From positions 1 through 60,175 of the IMG/VR virus record IMGVR_UViG_3300030433_002650: a stretch of 60,175 nucleotides of DNA; one strand, 5' to 3'. The notes beneath the pieces are model-generated. The model saw only the letters and a list, made by a program, of their open reading frames with translations. It had not been told where the DNA came from and did no database searches. How positions within the stretch are numbered: position 1 is the first letter of the stretch; every line of letters starts with the position of its first letter. Made by a program: the position numbers and the translations under genes. The DNA comes from a virus (taxonomy: Duplodnaviria > Caudoviricetes). Shown here piece by piece: positions 38,799 through 47,540 of this stretch.

Positions 38799-40589
38799 TT
38801 ACCGCCCTCTCGGTCTACGGGCATTCAATAATGCGTTTGAAACGTTTTGCATCATAGAAGGTTCAGGTCCACGTTGCTGAACGCTTGAAATCGGTGAACC
38901 GCTTCCCATTGTACCACGTCGTTGTGGTGCTACTGGACCACGATTTCGTATACCCATTCCTTCACTACCGGGTTGTAGTGGCGGTGCGATACCGGGAGGA
39001 AGTTGTCGTGATTGTGGGGGCATTGCTCCCATTTGCGGTGGCATTCCGCCCATCATCTGTGGGGGCATACCTCCACCGGGTGGCATTGGTGGCATACCTC
39101 GACCACCCATCATCTGTGGAGGCATACCACCGGGTGGAGGTGCACCACCGGGTGGTGGTGCTGGCGCAGGTGGTGGCTTACGGTAGACAAATCGTACATC
39201 ACGGTTCGATGGGTCTTCCAAGAGTTCAGGTTGGAATCCAAGTTGTGCCATACGTTGTGCAACGTTGAGTTCTTGTTCATCTCGTCGTAGACGTGTAATT
39301 TCATCCTCTTCTTCGTTTGGATAAAGTGTGAGTTTCCAATCATGAATGTTCATTTGACGAAGTAGACGTGGGAACAATACTTCTGTGTACACTTTTTGAC
39401 CAAACTCAACAGCACGATTGGTAACAAGAATTTGCAGTCCTTCATTGTTCAGACCGCCTGATTTACCATTATCAACCATGAAGATTGACGATACACCGTA
39501 GAAAGCCGCTATGCGATTACGTATCTCGTCACGCACAGCGATATACTGCATTTCTTCAAGCGTGTCCATGAATTTAATCCAATTTACACCACCACGACCC
39601 GATTGTGATTCAATACCAACACGAGGAATGTAATGTGGGTCACGTTCCAACTTCTCATCAGTAGCCTTCCAAAAAGCCTTCATGGATTCAAGGTTGTCCG
39701 TTGTAACAGATATGACACCCTTTGGAATACGGCGTTTTTGATACGCCGTGTAAATATAGTTGTCCATTGCCGTCAATGTCATGGCTTGTCGCCACATGGT
39801 ATTGACAGGAGAGCGACCGTACAATTTTGATGGATTGTATTTTGAAACATGCAGTACTTCCCCTTCAACAAAGTACTGCGTCTTACCGCTACCTGCCATA
39901 TTGACGTAATGGACATCTTGAAGGTCAGAACCACATATCTCGCATGTATCGTCTTCGGCATGGGTTTTGACTTGTTCACGGTGTATCAAACAGGTTTTGT
40001 ATCGTCCACCACGTACACCACGCTTGTCAGCAACAATACGCATGAAAATAGGGTCACCACGCACCATTTCTTTGACTCGATAAAATTGTACTTCTTTGGT
40101 TTCAGGGTCAATAAAGTACTCCTTTACCAAAATCAAAAATGCGTCGTCAATGATGTTAAGGTCATTTTCAACTTCATGGAGTAGATGGTGAAACGATTGC
40201 TCCATGCTGTTTTCTTGCTTAAGTAACCACTTAGCATAGGTTAGTTCATCAGGGTCAGGCTTACGTACAGCACCACCACATTCTTTGCACGCTTCCATTT
40301 CTTGCTGATATTCTTCATCACACGCTGTGCATTTTACAGTGAAACGCTTCTCCCAGTAGAATCCACGTCGAAACATTTCTTGACGTAGTTTTGAAAGTAC
40401 AGTACGTAAAATAAGTGATTCGTTGCTTACTGCAAACAATGCGGGGAGTGTAATACCCTGCGCCATGACAGGTTCTTGAATACCGCTTGACCAAAGCGGC
40501 ATAGTTGGTGTAGGACTCTCACGACGACGGAATGGACTTCCGATAGCCGATAGGAATCGTGAGATTCGTCCTTGTTCTTCCGCCATCAC
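38799..40589 (-). CDS. Portal protein with two inserted Zn ribbons and a P/G/M-rich C-terminal tail
   Basis: DLNIIDDAFL, EVLHVSKYNPSKLYGRSP, RIPKGVI and EIRNRIAAFYGVS are HK97-family portal motifs; lies between terminase and protease. Confidence 0.9.
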   Translation of the reverse strand: MMAEEQGRISRFLSAIGSPFRRRESPTPTMPLWSSGIQEPVMAQGITLPALFAVSNESLILRTVLSKLRQEMFRRGFYWEKRFTVKCTACDEEYQQEMEACKECGGAVRKPDPDELTYAKWLLKQENSMEQSFHHLLHEVENDLNIIDDAFLILVKEYFIDPETKEVQFYRVKEMVRGDPIFMRIVADKRGVRGGRYKTCLIHREQVKTHAEDDTCEICGSDLQDVHYVNMAGSGKTQYFVEGEVLHVSKYNPSKLYGRSPVNTMWRQAMTLTAMDNYIYTAYQKRRIPKGVISVTTDNLESMKAFWKATDEKLERDPHYIPRVGIESQSGRGGVNWIKFMDTLEEMQYIAVRDEIRNRIAAFYGVSSIFMVDNGKSGGLNNEGLQILVTNRAVEFGQKVYTEVLFPRLLRQMNIHDWKLTLYPNEEEDEITRLRRDEQELNVAQRMAQLGFQPELLEDPSNRDVRFVYRKPPPAPAPPPGGAPPPGGMPPQMMGGRGMPPMPPGGGMPPQMMGGMPPQMGAMPPQSRQLPPGIAPPLQPGSEGMGIRNRGPVAPQRRGTMGSGSPISSVQQRGPEPSMMQNVSNALLNARRPRGR

Positions 40590-41884
40590 AATCCCTCCGC
40601 ATAGCCACCTATGGTATCAGCGTCTACTCCCCATTTGTTTAATAACGATTCGGATTTAGTTTGATGGTCTTTCCAATTGGTAAATGTCACCAATTGATAC
40701 AACTCATTCTTACGCAGTTTATCCTTTTCATCAACGTAAGCAAGCATTGCTTTGGCTTGTAAGTCTTTCAAACGCATGTGCGGCATGGCGTGTTTTAGTA
40801 CGTGCCGAATGTCATCTTTGGCTGAAAAAATAAGCCGATGAATGGTTTTTTGCGTATTCTTTGCAACTTTTTGGTCGGTCACCAAACGACCACACCCAAC
40901 GGCCTTTTGCAAATCTTCGCATAATTGCTTCCCCATGTTGCCACTGGCTACAAACGTAACACGAGGGTCACCACGTTCTGAAATGAAAATACTCCCATCA
41001 GAATCAAGTGAACCCGCCATGTAGCCCCATATATCTTTGATAATCAAACCATGAGAACCAAATTTTAGATACGTACCTCGTGATGTGGCTTTGTACACAT
41101 CGTATTCTTCACCATATAGTTTGAGCAACGATGCCATTTTATTGACAGTCATGTTTTTCTCAAGATGTCCTACACCCCGTCGTACAAGTTCACGACTCGA
41201 TAACGGACCTTCTTTTTCCAATACATCAGACGCAAACTCAAGTGCTTGGACATCAACGTGTGGTAAATTATCCGTTTGCTTGAGTACATTGCGCCACATT
41301 TTCTTTGCGTCCTTTTGTAATTGGTGAGCATTGACCCATTCTTCTTGGTCTTCGGGTGTCCAGTCTACTTTGTCATTAAGTAAATTCAAAACTGTATTGG
41401 CTTTCAAAAATTGTTGGCACGCTTTTTGTAGACTTACAGAACGACTTTCACCAAACTTTCGCAGTGCCTTTAGCAACTTATCATCGAGTCCTAAACTCTT
41501 GATAACTTCATCAAGTCCATCAGCCCAAGTCAATTGTTTGATGGTTGCTTCAACTTCCATTGCTTTGAGCATACGTACGTCGGTGATAATTGAGTCATAC
41601 AGATGCTTGTTGGCTTTATCATTACGACGGGCTTTACGGCACTCACGAATAATATCGTTTGCACTTTTACCCCATGTCGATTCAAGCCACCCGTCACCGT
41701 TTTTTGCAAACGAGTATTTCTTTAAATCTTCTTTAATCATTAAAGTAGAAGAAACTTCGACTGGCAAATTTTCATATGAAAAATGAGGATGTTGAGATAA
41801 GGCTTTGACGACCATGTTGGAAAATTCATCAGAAAAATGAATAGGCACATCATAGGTGTCGCCCACGAATGCACTACCCCACAT
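40586..41884 (-). CDS. Protein with C-terminal LAGLIDADG endonuclease-like domain and long helical/wHTH N-terminal region
   Basis: WGYMAGSLDSDGSIFI...LQKAVGCGRL...MPHMRLKDLQA, preceded by wHTH-like VLEKEGPLSSRELV. Confidence 0.75.
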   Translation of the reverse strand: MWGSAFVGDTYDVPIHFSDEFSNMVVKALSQHPHFSYENLPVEVSSTLMIKEDLKKYSFAKNGDGWLESTWGKSANDIIRECRKARRNDKANKHLYDSIITDVRMLKAMEVEATIKQLTWADGLDEVIKSLGLDDKLLKALRKFGESRSVSLQKACQQFLKANTVLNLLNDKVDWTPEDQEEWVNAHQLQKDAKKMWRNVLKQTDNLPHVDVQALEFASDVLEKEGPLSSRELVRRGVGHLEKNMTVNKMASLLKLYGEEYDVYKATSRGTYLKFGSHGLIIKDIWGYMAGSLDSDGSIFISERGDPRVTFVASGNMGKQLCEDLQKAVGCGRLVTDQKVAKNTQKTIHRLIFSAKDDIRHVLKHAMPHMRLKDLQAKAMLAYVDEKDKLRKNELYQLVTFTNWKDHQTKSESLLNKWGVDADTIGGYAEGL

Positions 41885-41909
41885 ATTGACCTCTCCATTG
41901 ACCAATCAT

Positions 41910-42311
41910 TTAGTCCTTTTTCTTCTTTACACCGACTTTCTTTGGTTTAGCACCAATGGCAATTACCATTACCATGCCTTTCTTACCCTTCATGTCTTTC
42001 TTTTCATCTTTCATTGCTTTCACCACCGTAGGTTTTCCACCCACACCTTGCTTCTTGGCTCGCTTGCGTTTTGTAGCCGCACGCTTTTGACCTTCGCTCA
42101 TTGAGCCACTGGTCTTTGGAGTTTTACTCGATACTTTGACGCTTGGGCGACACTTTGGATAGCCTTTGCTTGATTTACTGGCCTTACTACGACCACACGG
42201 TGGGTGCTTACCGTCTTTGTCTTTACGTGATATGTCTACCCACTTTTCCTTGAACCAACGGTTCAGGTCTTTGATAACAAGCGTATCGTAGCAAGTACAA
42301 CGGTCACCCAA
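41910..42311 (-). CDS. Basic protein (LNRWFKEKWVD...CGRS...YPKCRP type)
   Basis: K-rich; resembles a basic marine-virus family (recalled as DUF5872-like, unverified). TTG start at 42311 behind GGTGA. Confidence 0.65.
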   Translation of the reverse strand: MGDRCTCYDTLVIKDLNRWFKEKWVDISRKDKDGKHPPCGRSKASKSSKGYPKCRPSVKVSSKTPKTSGSMSEGQKRAATKRKRAKKQGVGGKPTVVKAMKDEKKDMKGKKGMVMVIAIGAKPKKVGVKKKKD

Positions 42312-42315
42312 GGTA

Positions 42316-42477
42316 TCACCACACTGCAACCATTTTCTTGATGTTACGTTGCTTGTCAAGCAATGCGTAACATGGGCATTTTGGTGATGTAGCGGAACAT
42401 TGGTTACCCTGTATCATGCAAACACAAGGTGTGTTTTTTGTGCCACCGCAACAACACTTATCCTTTTTGAGTTTCAT
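42316..42477 (-). CDS. 53-aa Cys-rich microprotein (MKLKKDKCCCGGTKNTPCVCMIQGNQCSATSPKCPCYALLDKQRNIKKMVAVW)
   Basis: Hand-translated. ATGA overlap with the upstream gene; fills the gap exactly; 8 Cys. Below the ORF-track cutoff. Confidence 0.65.
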   Translation of the reverse strand: MKLKKDKCCCGGTKNTPCVCMIQGNQCSATSPKCPCYALLDKQRNIKKMVAVW

Positions 42478-42659
42478 TTTTTCTTCCCCTTCTTACGGAA
42501 TTTACCCTTGCAGTATTGCACAGCCCATCCATTAGCATACGCTGATGGATAAACTTTGAATTTACGTTTTGCTGCCGCTTTACCTGCTGGACACAATTTT
42601 TTCTCAAGCATGTCCCATGCTGATGTCATTCCTATACAATGTTCGCAACCACAAGTCAT
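42474..42659 (-). CDS. Small basic protein (KFKVYPSAYANGW type) with CxCxxC and AWDMLEK leader
   Basis: The PSAYA motif is typical of small basic marine-virus proteins; ATGA-coupled on both sides. Confidence 0.7.
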   Translation of the reverse strand: MTCGCEHCIGMTSAWDMLEKKLCPAGKAAAKRKFKVYPSAYANGWAVQYCKGKFRKKGKKK

Positions 42660-42784
42660 TTCATTCCCTCCGGTTTACCATGTGCTATCCAACACAATTC
42701 ACAAAATCCAAACGGTTTATCTCCATCTTTGTAACATATACCGCAGTACATGAAATGATGATTACCTATGTACGTTGTATTCAT
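42656..42784 (-). CDS. 42-aa Zn-finger microprotein (MNTTYIGNHHFMYCGICYKDGDKPFGFCELCWIAHGKPEGMK)
   Basis: Hand-translated. GGGGGT SD, CxxC...CxxC, ATGA overlap with the next gene. Confidence 0.65.
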   Translation of the reverse strand: MNTTYIGNHHFMYCGICYKDGDKPFGFCELCWIAHGKPEGMK

Positions 42785-42813
42785 TCAAAACCCCCATTCA
42801 TTAAACGGATAAA

Positions 42814-44295
42814 TCATGGTATCATCCATCCACCTGTTTTCTTACCACCTACGGTGTTGTCAAGCCAGTCGCCAAATCCGGGCATCCAATCGTCAAGCAA
42901 AACAACTGTGCCACGGAACTCTTTCGTACCCCAATTGGCTAACGCTAATGCCATAGCCAAGTCATCGTGCGTACCAACAGATTCCAACTTACCGTTCTTT
43001 TGCATACCAAAGCGGTTGAGTTCTTGTTCAAGTTTATGTGTAAAAGCACGACTGCGCTCATCACCATACGGTGTGCGAATTTGTCCTTGCTCAAACGCCA
43101 TTAGCAATGACATGAACATACTTTCCTTGCGCTGTCGAGTTGTCATAAATGTCTTGATAGGGATGTCGTCACGCATGTCTTTGAGTTCAGCCGCAAACAT
43201 GCGTTGGAAGTTGTTACCTTCAAGTTCAATCAAATCAGGCTTGAAACGATTGTTGAGCAACAAAATGTGTTTCTTTTGCGCCGCACCACCCAGTCCCTTC
43301 TCATGCACAATGCCTACGATTTGCTTAACATTTTCATTAGGAGGTGTACGAAGCACCATCATTGCAGTAAAGTCAGCGTTCTTGTCCGATGCAATCGCTG
43401 TGTCCCATCCGATGAAGTGTTGTCCAAAGATTCCCACAGGTTCACCTTCTTCGTCATAATCGGTTTCAGCCCTATCAAGCAACACCAAGTCTTTGTCACG
43501 AGCCTTTTCCAATATGTCATTTGGAAACATACTCGCAACGTCGTGAATCGGTTCACAAAGATACTCACGAGAAAACTGGATAGCCGGCATAGAAAGCCTT
43601 CTGTGTTCAAGTGCCTCAAGATTCCACCGTTCAGGCCACAGTGCTTCACCTTCATTGTTGATAGCAGGGTATGTTTCAACGGTGAAAGCATCTCTTTCTT
43701 CGAGTTCAGCGTACAAGTCGTTGTACGAAAACGGTGTACCGACAATCATCATGCGTCCACTGTGGTGCAGTACAGGAAGCAATACACCGTAGAACCAATC
43801 AGCCGCACGTTGCAATTCAGTACCCGTAGTACCCCATAGAATATCGTCACATACAACCACATCAGGGTGGAAACCACGAGTACCTCCACCAACCGACTTT
43901 GCCATCATACGACTTCCGTTTGCAAACTCAAAGTATGTCTTTCTCCATGGTCGGCCTTGTGGAATTAATCCACGTAGAATGGGTGTTGATTCGATGTTGT
44001 TGCGAATAAATCGCATGTGTTCAAGCGTCTGTTCAAGTGAGTGTGAAAAAATCATGACGTGCTTACCGGGATTGAAGGCTGCAAGCCATAGAGCGTACGA
44101 CATAAAGAAAACAGACTTACCGTGGTCACGACTTGCTTTGACACAGTAGTATCGGTTTTCTTCCAATCCTTTGTCCCAACATTCATGGTGGTACGAATAA
44201 TCAAATCCAAGTATGTTTTCAAAAAAATATCGAAATGACTTTGCCGACATCTTCGCATCCATTTCTTCAATGAAGGCTTGGATGTCTTCGCTCAT
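42814..44295 (-). CDS. terL: Terminase large subunit
   Basis: Walker A ASRDHGKS, Walker B VVVCDD, coupling motif VGTP, nuclease IGWDTA...ADFTA and HDDLAMALALA. Confidence 0.95.
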   Translation of the reverse strand: MSEDIQAFIEEMDAKMSAKSFRYFFENILGFDYSYHHECWDKGLEENRYYCVKASRDHGKSVFFMSYALWLAAFNPGKHVMIFSHSLEQTLEHMRFIRNNIESTPILRGLIPQGRPWRKTYFEFANGSRMMAKSVGGGTRGFHPDVVVCDDILWGTTGTELQRAADWFYGVLLPVLHHSGRMMIVGTPFSYNDLYAELEERDAFTVETYPAINNEGEALWPERWNLEALEHRRLSMPAIQFSREYLCEPIHDVASMFPNDILEKARDKDLVLLDRAETDYDEEGEPVGIFGQHFIGWDTAIASDKNADFTAMMVLRTPPNENVKQIVGIVHEKGLGGAAQKKHILLLNNRFKPDLIELEGNNFQRMFAAELKDMRDDIPIKTFMTTRQRKESMFMSLLMAFEQGQIRTPYGDERSRAFTHKLEQELNRFGMQKNGKLESVGTHDDLAMALALANWGTKEFRGTVVLLDDWMPGFGDWLDNTVGGKKTGGWMIP

Positions 44296-44299
44296 TTAC

Positions 44300-45370
44300 T
44301 CACTCTCGCATCTTAAAATATGCATCAACTGCAAAAGCACCTGCTTCTTCAGGGGTCATTTTGTACAGATACGTTCCCATTGTGTTAAACAAATCGTGTA
44401 CAAAATCGTTGGATGTTTGTAATTGATTTGGATTTTGAAGTCTCTGATAAGCGGAGTATGCTTGAGCGTCAGTAAGATTAGTTGGGAACATACTTGGGTC
44501 AAGCGGCTGTTGTGGATTGAACTCTTGTTGCCCTTGTTGCTGTGCAGGTGGTGGACCTCTTTGTTGCGCCGCCGAATTTGGGTCAGGTGGTAGTGCGCCT
44601 TGCGGTCCACTGGGACGGATTTGTAGTTGTTGTTGTACACCGGGTGTTTGTTGCGGTACAGCAGGTCCACCGGGTGTTTGCGTAGGTTGGCCTGTTGTTA
44701 GGGCCAGTTGTTCAGCCACAGGTTGAACTAAAGATTGGTTACCTGCTGGTGGTGCTTGTGTAGACATCATTGGTCCAGTTTGTTGTGGTGGATTACCACT
44801 CATGGCTGTACCCGCTTGTGCTTGCGGTGACATTGTAGTGCTTATTGCTGGAGCCGTTGTTGGAGCCGTACCAGTATAGGCTGTGTTAGCCGTTCCATCT
44901 ATAGTTGGAAGTGGTACATTTGTTGGAGCAGTTGATGTAGTAATTTGTTGTGGTCCTAAAGCACGACGTTGGGCTGTTTCTCGTTGATTTCGTTGTGCAA
45001 TAAGACGTTCAGATTCTTGTTGAGCCGCTTCTCTACCTTGTTTTCTTTCATCAATAACTGGATTTACAATACGACTCACTGCTCTTGAAGGGTCATATCC
45101 TTCGTAGGTATACTGTGCTCCCAACGGTGCGGCAAGATTACCACCTTGTAATTGATGAGCCGTTTGTAGAGCAGTAGCCGCAGCAGCAGCACCTTTTCCG
45201 GCCATACCTGCCAATGATGCTACTCTTGGTAGTACTTTCACTTGTCCTCGTGGAGCAAATGCTGTTCGGGCTAAATCCATAAATGAAGGTGTTTTATCAG
45301 CACCTATTGATTGAAACTGTTGCGCTGGAGCAGCAATTTGTTTTCTTACCAAAATTGGTTTATTCGACAT
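44300..45370 (-). CDS. Q/P/T-rich low-complexity protein (putative internal/ejection protein)
   Basis: MSNKPILVRK-Q leader, an A/G-rich hydrophobic stretch and a long disordered region. Confidence 0.6.
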   Translation of the reverse strand: MSNKPILVRKQIAAPAQQFQSIGADKTPSFMDLARTAFAPRGQVKVLPRVASLAGMAGKGAAAAATALQTAHQLQGGNLAAPLGAQYTYEGYDPSRAVSRIVNPVIDERKQGREAAQQESERLIAQRNQRETAQRRALGPQQITTSTAPTNVPLPTIDGTANTAYTGTAPTTAPAISTTMSPQAQAGTAMSGNPPQQTGPMMSTQAPPAGNQSLVQPVAEQLALTTGQPTQTPGGPAVPQQTPGVQQQLQIRPSGPQGALPPDPNSAAQQRGPPPAQQQGQQEFNPQQPLDPSMFPTNLTDAQAYSAYQRLQNPNQLQTSNDFVHDLFNTMGTYLYKMTPEEAGAFAVDAYFKMRE

Positions 45371-45374
45371 ACTT

Positions 45375-47540
45375 TCACCTCAAATTCATCTTTATGATTT
45401 TTACAACTTGAGGCTTGACATTGTACGACTTTGCAATGTTATGCCAGTCGCCCATTGTATGTTGTATGGCCGTAACTTCGCTACTGGTCAATCCTGTGTA
45501 TTTTGCAAGATTTACTGGTGATTGTAGCGATGGAGTAATGTGTGAAGAAACGTCACCGTCAAGGCTTGCTTCTTTGTATTGCATACGTTCAAGAGCCTTC
45601 ATCAGTCTGTCCATAAGTGGAAGATGCATGTCCTCGGCCTTCATGTAATCAGTCAGCAGACGTTGGCGTGGGTCTGATAAGGCTTGCTGTGACCTTGCTT
45701 CCAATTCGGTCAAAGGAGCATCGCTAATTGGTTGCGGTCGGGTCGCCCCTGCAATTTGCAACATTTCACGGAATTGCGCTGGTGTAAAGTCAGCAATACC
45801 GGGTCGTAGTTGTTGAAATTCAGGAGTAGGTGTCCCAGCCGGCTGAACAACAGGACGATTTTGCTGTGGTGCGGGAACAGGCGGAGGTGTTCTTGCCTGT
45901 TCAACGGGAGGTACACCTTCCGGCTGGGACATTCCTTTTTTGTTTGGCGCAAAATCATCTATAGTATGAAAATACGCTTCCATATGTTCATCCAATATTG
46001 GCGCAGGGAACTCACCCGTTTCAGGGTCACGAATAGGATAACCGTGAATGGTTTGCATTCGCATTGGTTCTGTTGGGATTTCACCAATATCCATTTGCAC
46101 AGTGTGACCTCGTGCTTCGGCTTGGTGGTTGGCTAATGCTTCAATGACGTTACGGAATCGGTCTACTTGTTCAAGTCGCTGTTCACTGTATGGTAGCCCT
46201 GCGGCCTCAAGTTCATCAGCCGTAATTTGATGTTCACCAAACCTACTGCGGCTTTCGTTTTCACCTCGACCCGAAGAACGTGCAACCGACATAACACGCT
46301 TTGCGTTCTTGTGCAAGCCTTGACCACCTTTTTCCCCTGCCCTGAAGTACTTGCCATGTTCTTCGGCTGAAAGTTCATCTTCGGGCGCACCGAATTTTGT
46401 CATCATATAATCGTACAACTTTTTGAAATTACCTTGATAACTGCGACCAAACAAATACATCAGTGCGGGTACATGTGCCATGTCTTTAACAAGTGCTTCT
46501 TTGAGGTCTTTGTTTCCAAGAATTTCACGAAGACCTCGCTGTATCATGTTTGGTGCGCCAAGTGTACCTGTATTGAGCGTAACTGGTACATCAGGAATAG
46601 ATTCAATACCACCCTGCTCCAATGCTTGGTCAATCATGGCGTGAGCCGCCTCTACAAGTTTTGTCGGTGCTTGACCCCCACTCATAATGTCTTTGTCCAT
46701 TGAACGTGACGGATAAAAGAAAATGTCAGGTAAGTGATGCACTGTTTCCCATGTATGCACACTTTGTTGTTCAGGGAAATAATCATCAGGGGCATTACCC
46801 ATCATTTCACTGGTGTACGTATCAGGATGCTCTCCCTTACTTGAATACGCCCAACCCTGCGGTGCAGTGTGTTTTGCATAGACATACGGATAGGTTACAC
46901 CTGATTTAAGAGAACCTTTGATTTGACGGTCTTCATACCCCATGTCTTGAAGCAAATGAAACAGATTTTGATGAAATGGAATGTAATACGATTCAATAAA
47001 TCGACCATGCGGTGTTTCATCTGGATTTTTGTTGGTAAGTGTTGTAATTAACGTATTGTTGTGTGTACGACTTTGACGGTCAGTAATTTCTTTTCCATCT
47101 TCATCCTTTGATGTTATTCCTTGAGGTAATTGATTTGCTCGTATTTTTCGCCATGCTAAATTGTCAAACGGAGGTAGTTCGTGGTGATGTCTATGTGTGT
47201 GAGAACGATTAAAATTATCAATTGCTTTATTGATAACCGCAATAGGGTCTATGTCACCTTTACCTGTTTTATTCAAAAAATCCGCAAGTTGCATCGCTAA
47301 AGCGTCAATTCCGTGATAAAAATTACCGTGTTGTGTCTTATACGCTAACGGACCTGAACTCGAATCAAACTCACCTTCGATAACATCTCCACGTCCGTTG
47401 TGTGCAAAAGCGGGAATATCAGGTTCATGCGGTGGACGAAACGTTGGAGCAGGTGGATTACGTACATTAACTGGTCCTTCGGGTGGGTGAAGTATCATAC
47501 TCCATGCTTTGAGCAAACGTGGAGGCTGAATACGAATCAT
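45375..47540 (-). CDS. Hypothetical 721-aa protein (putative internal head protein)
   Basis: MIRIQPPRLLK-A leader; PIP-like RQRLLTDYM near the C-terminus. Confidence 0.65.
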   Translation of the reverse strand: MIRIQPPRLLKAWSMILHPPEGPVNVRNPPAPTFRPPHEPDIPAFAHNGRGDVIEGEFDSSSGPLAYKTQHGNFYHGIDALAMQLADFLNKTGKGDIDPIAVINKAIDNFNRSHTHRHHHELPPFDNLAWRKIRANQLPQGITSKDEDGKEITDRQSRTHNNTLITTLTNKNPDETPHGRFIESYYIPFHQNLFHLLQDMGYEDRQIKGSLKSGVTYPYVYAKHTAPQGWAYSSKGEHPDTYTSEMMGNAPDDYFPEQQSVHTWETVHHLPDIFFYPSRSMDKDIMSGGQAPTKLVEAAHAMIDQALEQGGIESIPDVPVTLNTGTLGAPNMIQRGLREILGNKDLKEALVKDMAHVPALMYLFGRSYQGNFKKLYDYMMTKFGAPEDELSAEEHGKYFRAGEKGGQGLHKNAKRVMSVARSSGRGENESRSRFGEHQITADELEAAGLPYSEQRLEQVDRFRNVIEALANHQAEARGHTVQMDIGEIPTEPMRMQTIHGYPIRDPETGEFPAPILDEHMEAYFHTIDDFAPNKKGMSQPEGVPPVEQARTPPPVPAPQQNRPVVQPAGTPTPEFQQLRPGIADFTPAQFREMLQIAGATRPQPISDAPLTELEARSQQALSDPRQRLLTDYMKAEDMHLPLMDRLMKALERMQYKEASLDGDVSSHITPSLQSPVNLAKYTGLTSSEVTAIQHTMGDWHNIAKSYNVKPQVVKIIKMNLR

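Noticed and set aside
40586-41905. Intein or group I intron carrying the LAGLIDADG domain
   Set aside because: There is no N-terminal Cys/Ser splice block or C-terminal HN-C/S/T, and the flanking terL and portal ORFs are intact and separate.
42569-43459. 296-aa + strand ORF
   Set aside because: Antisense shadow of terL and the microgenes; no motifs or SD.
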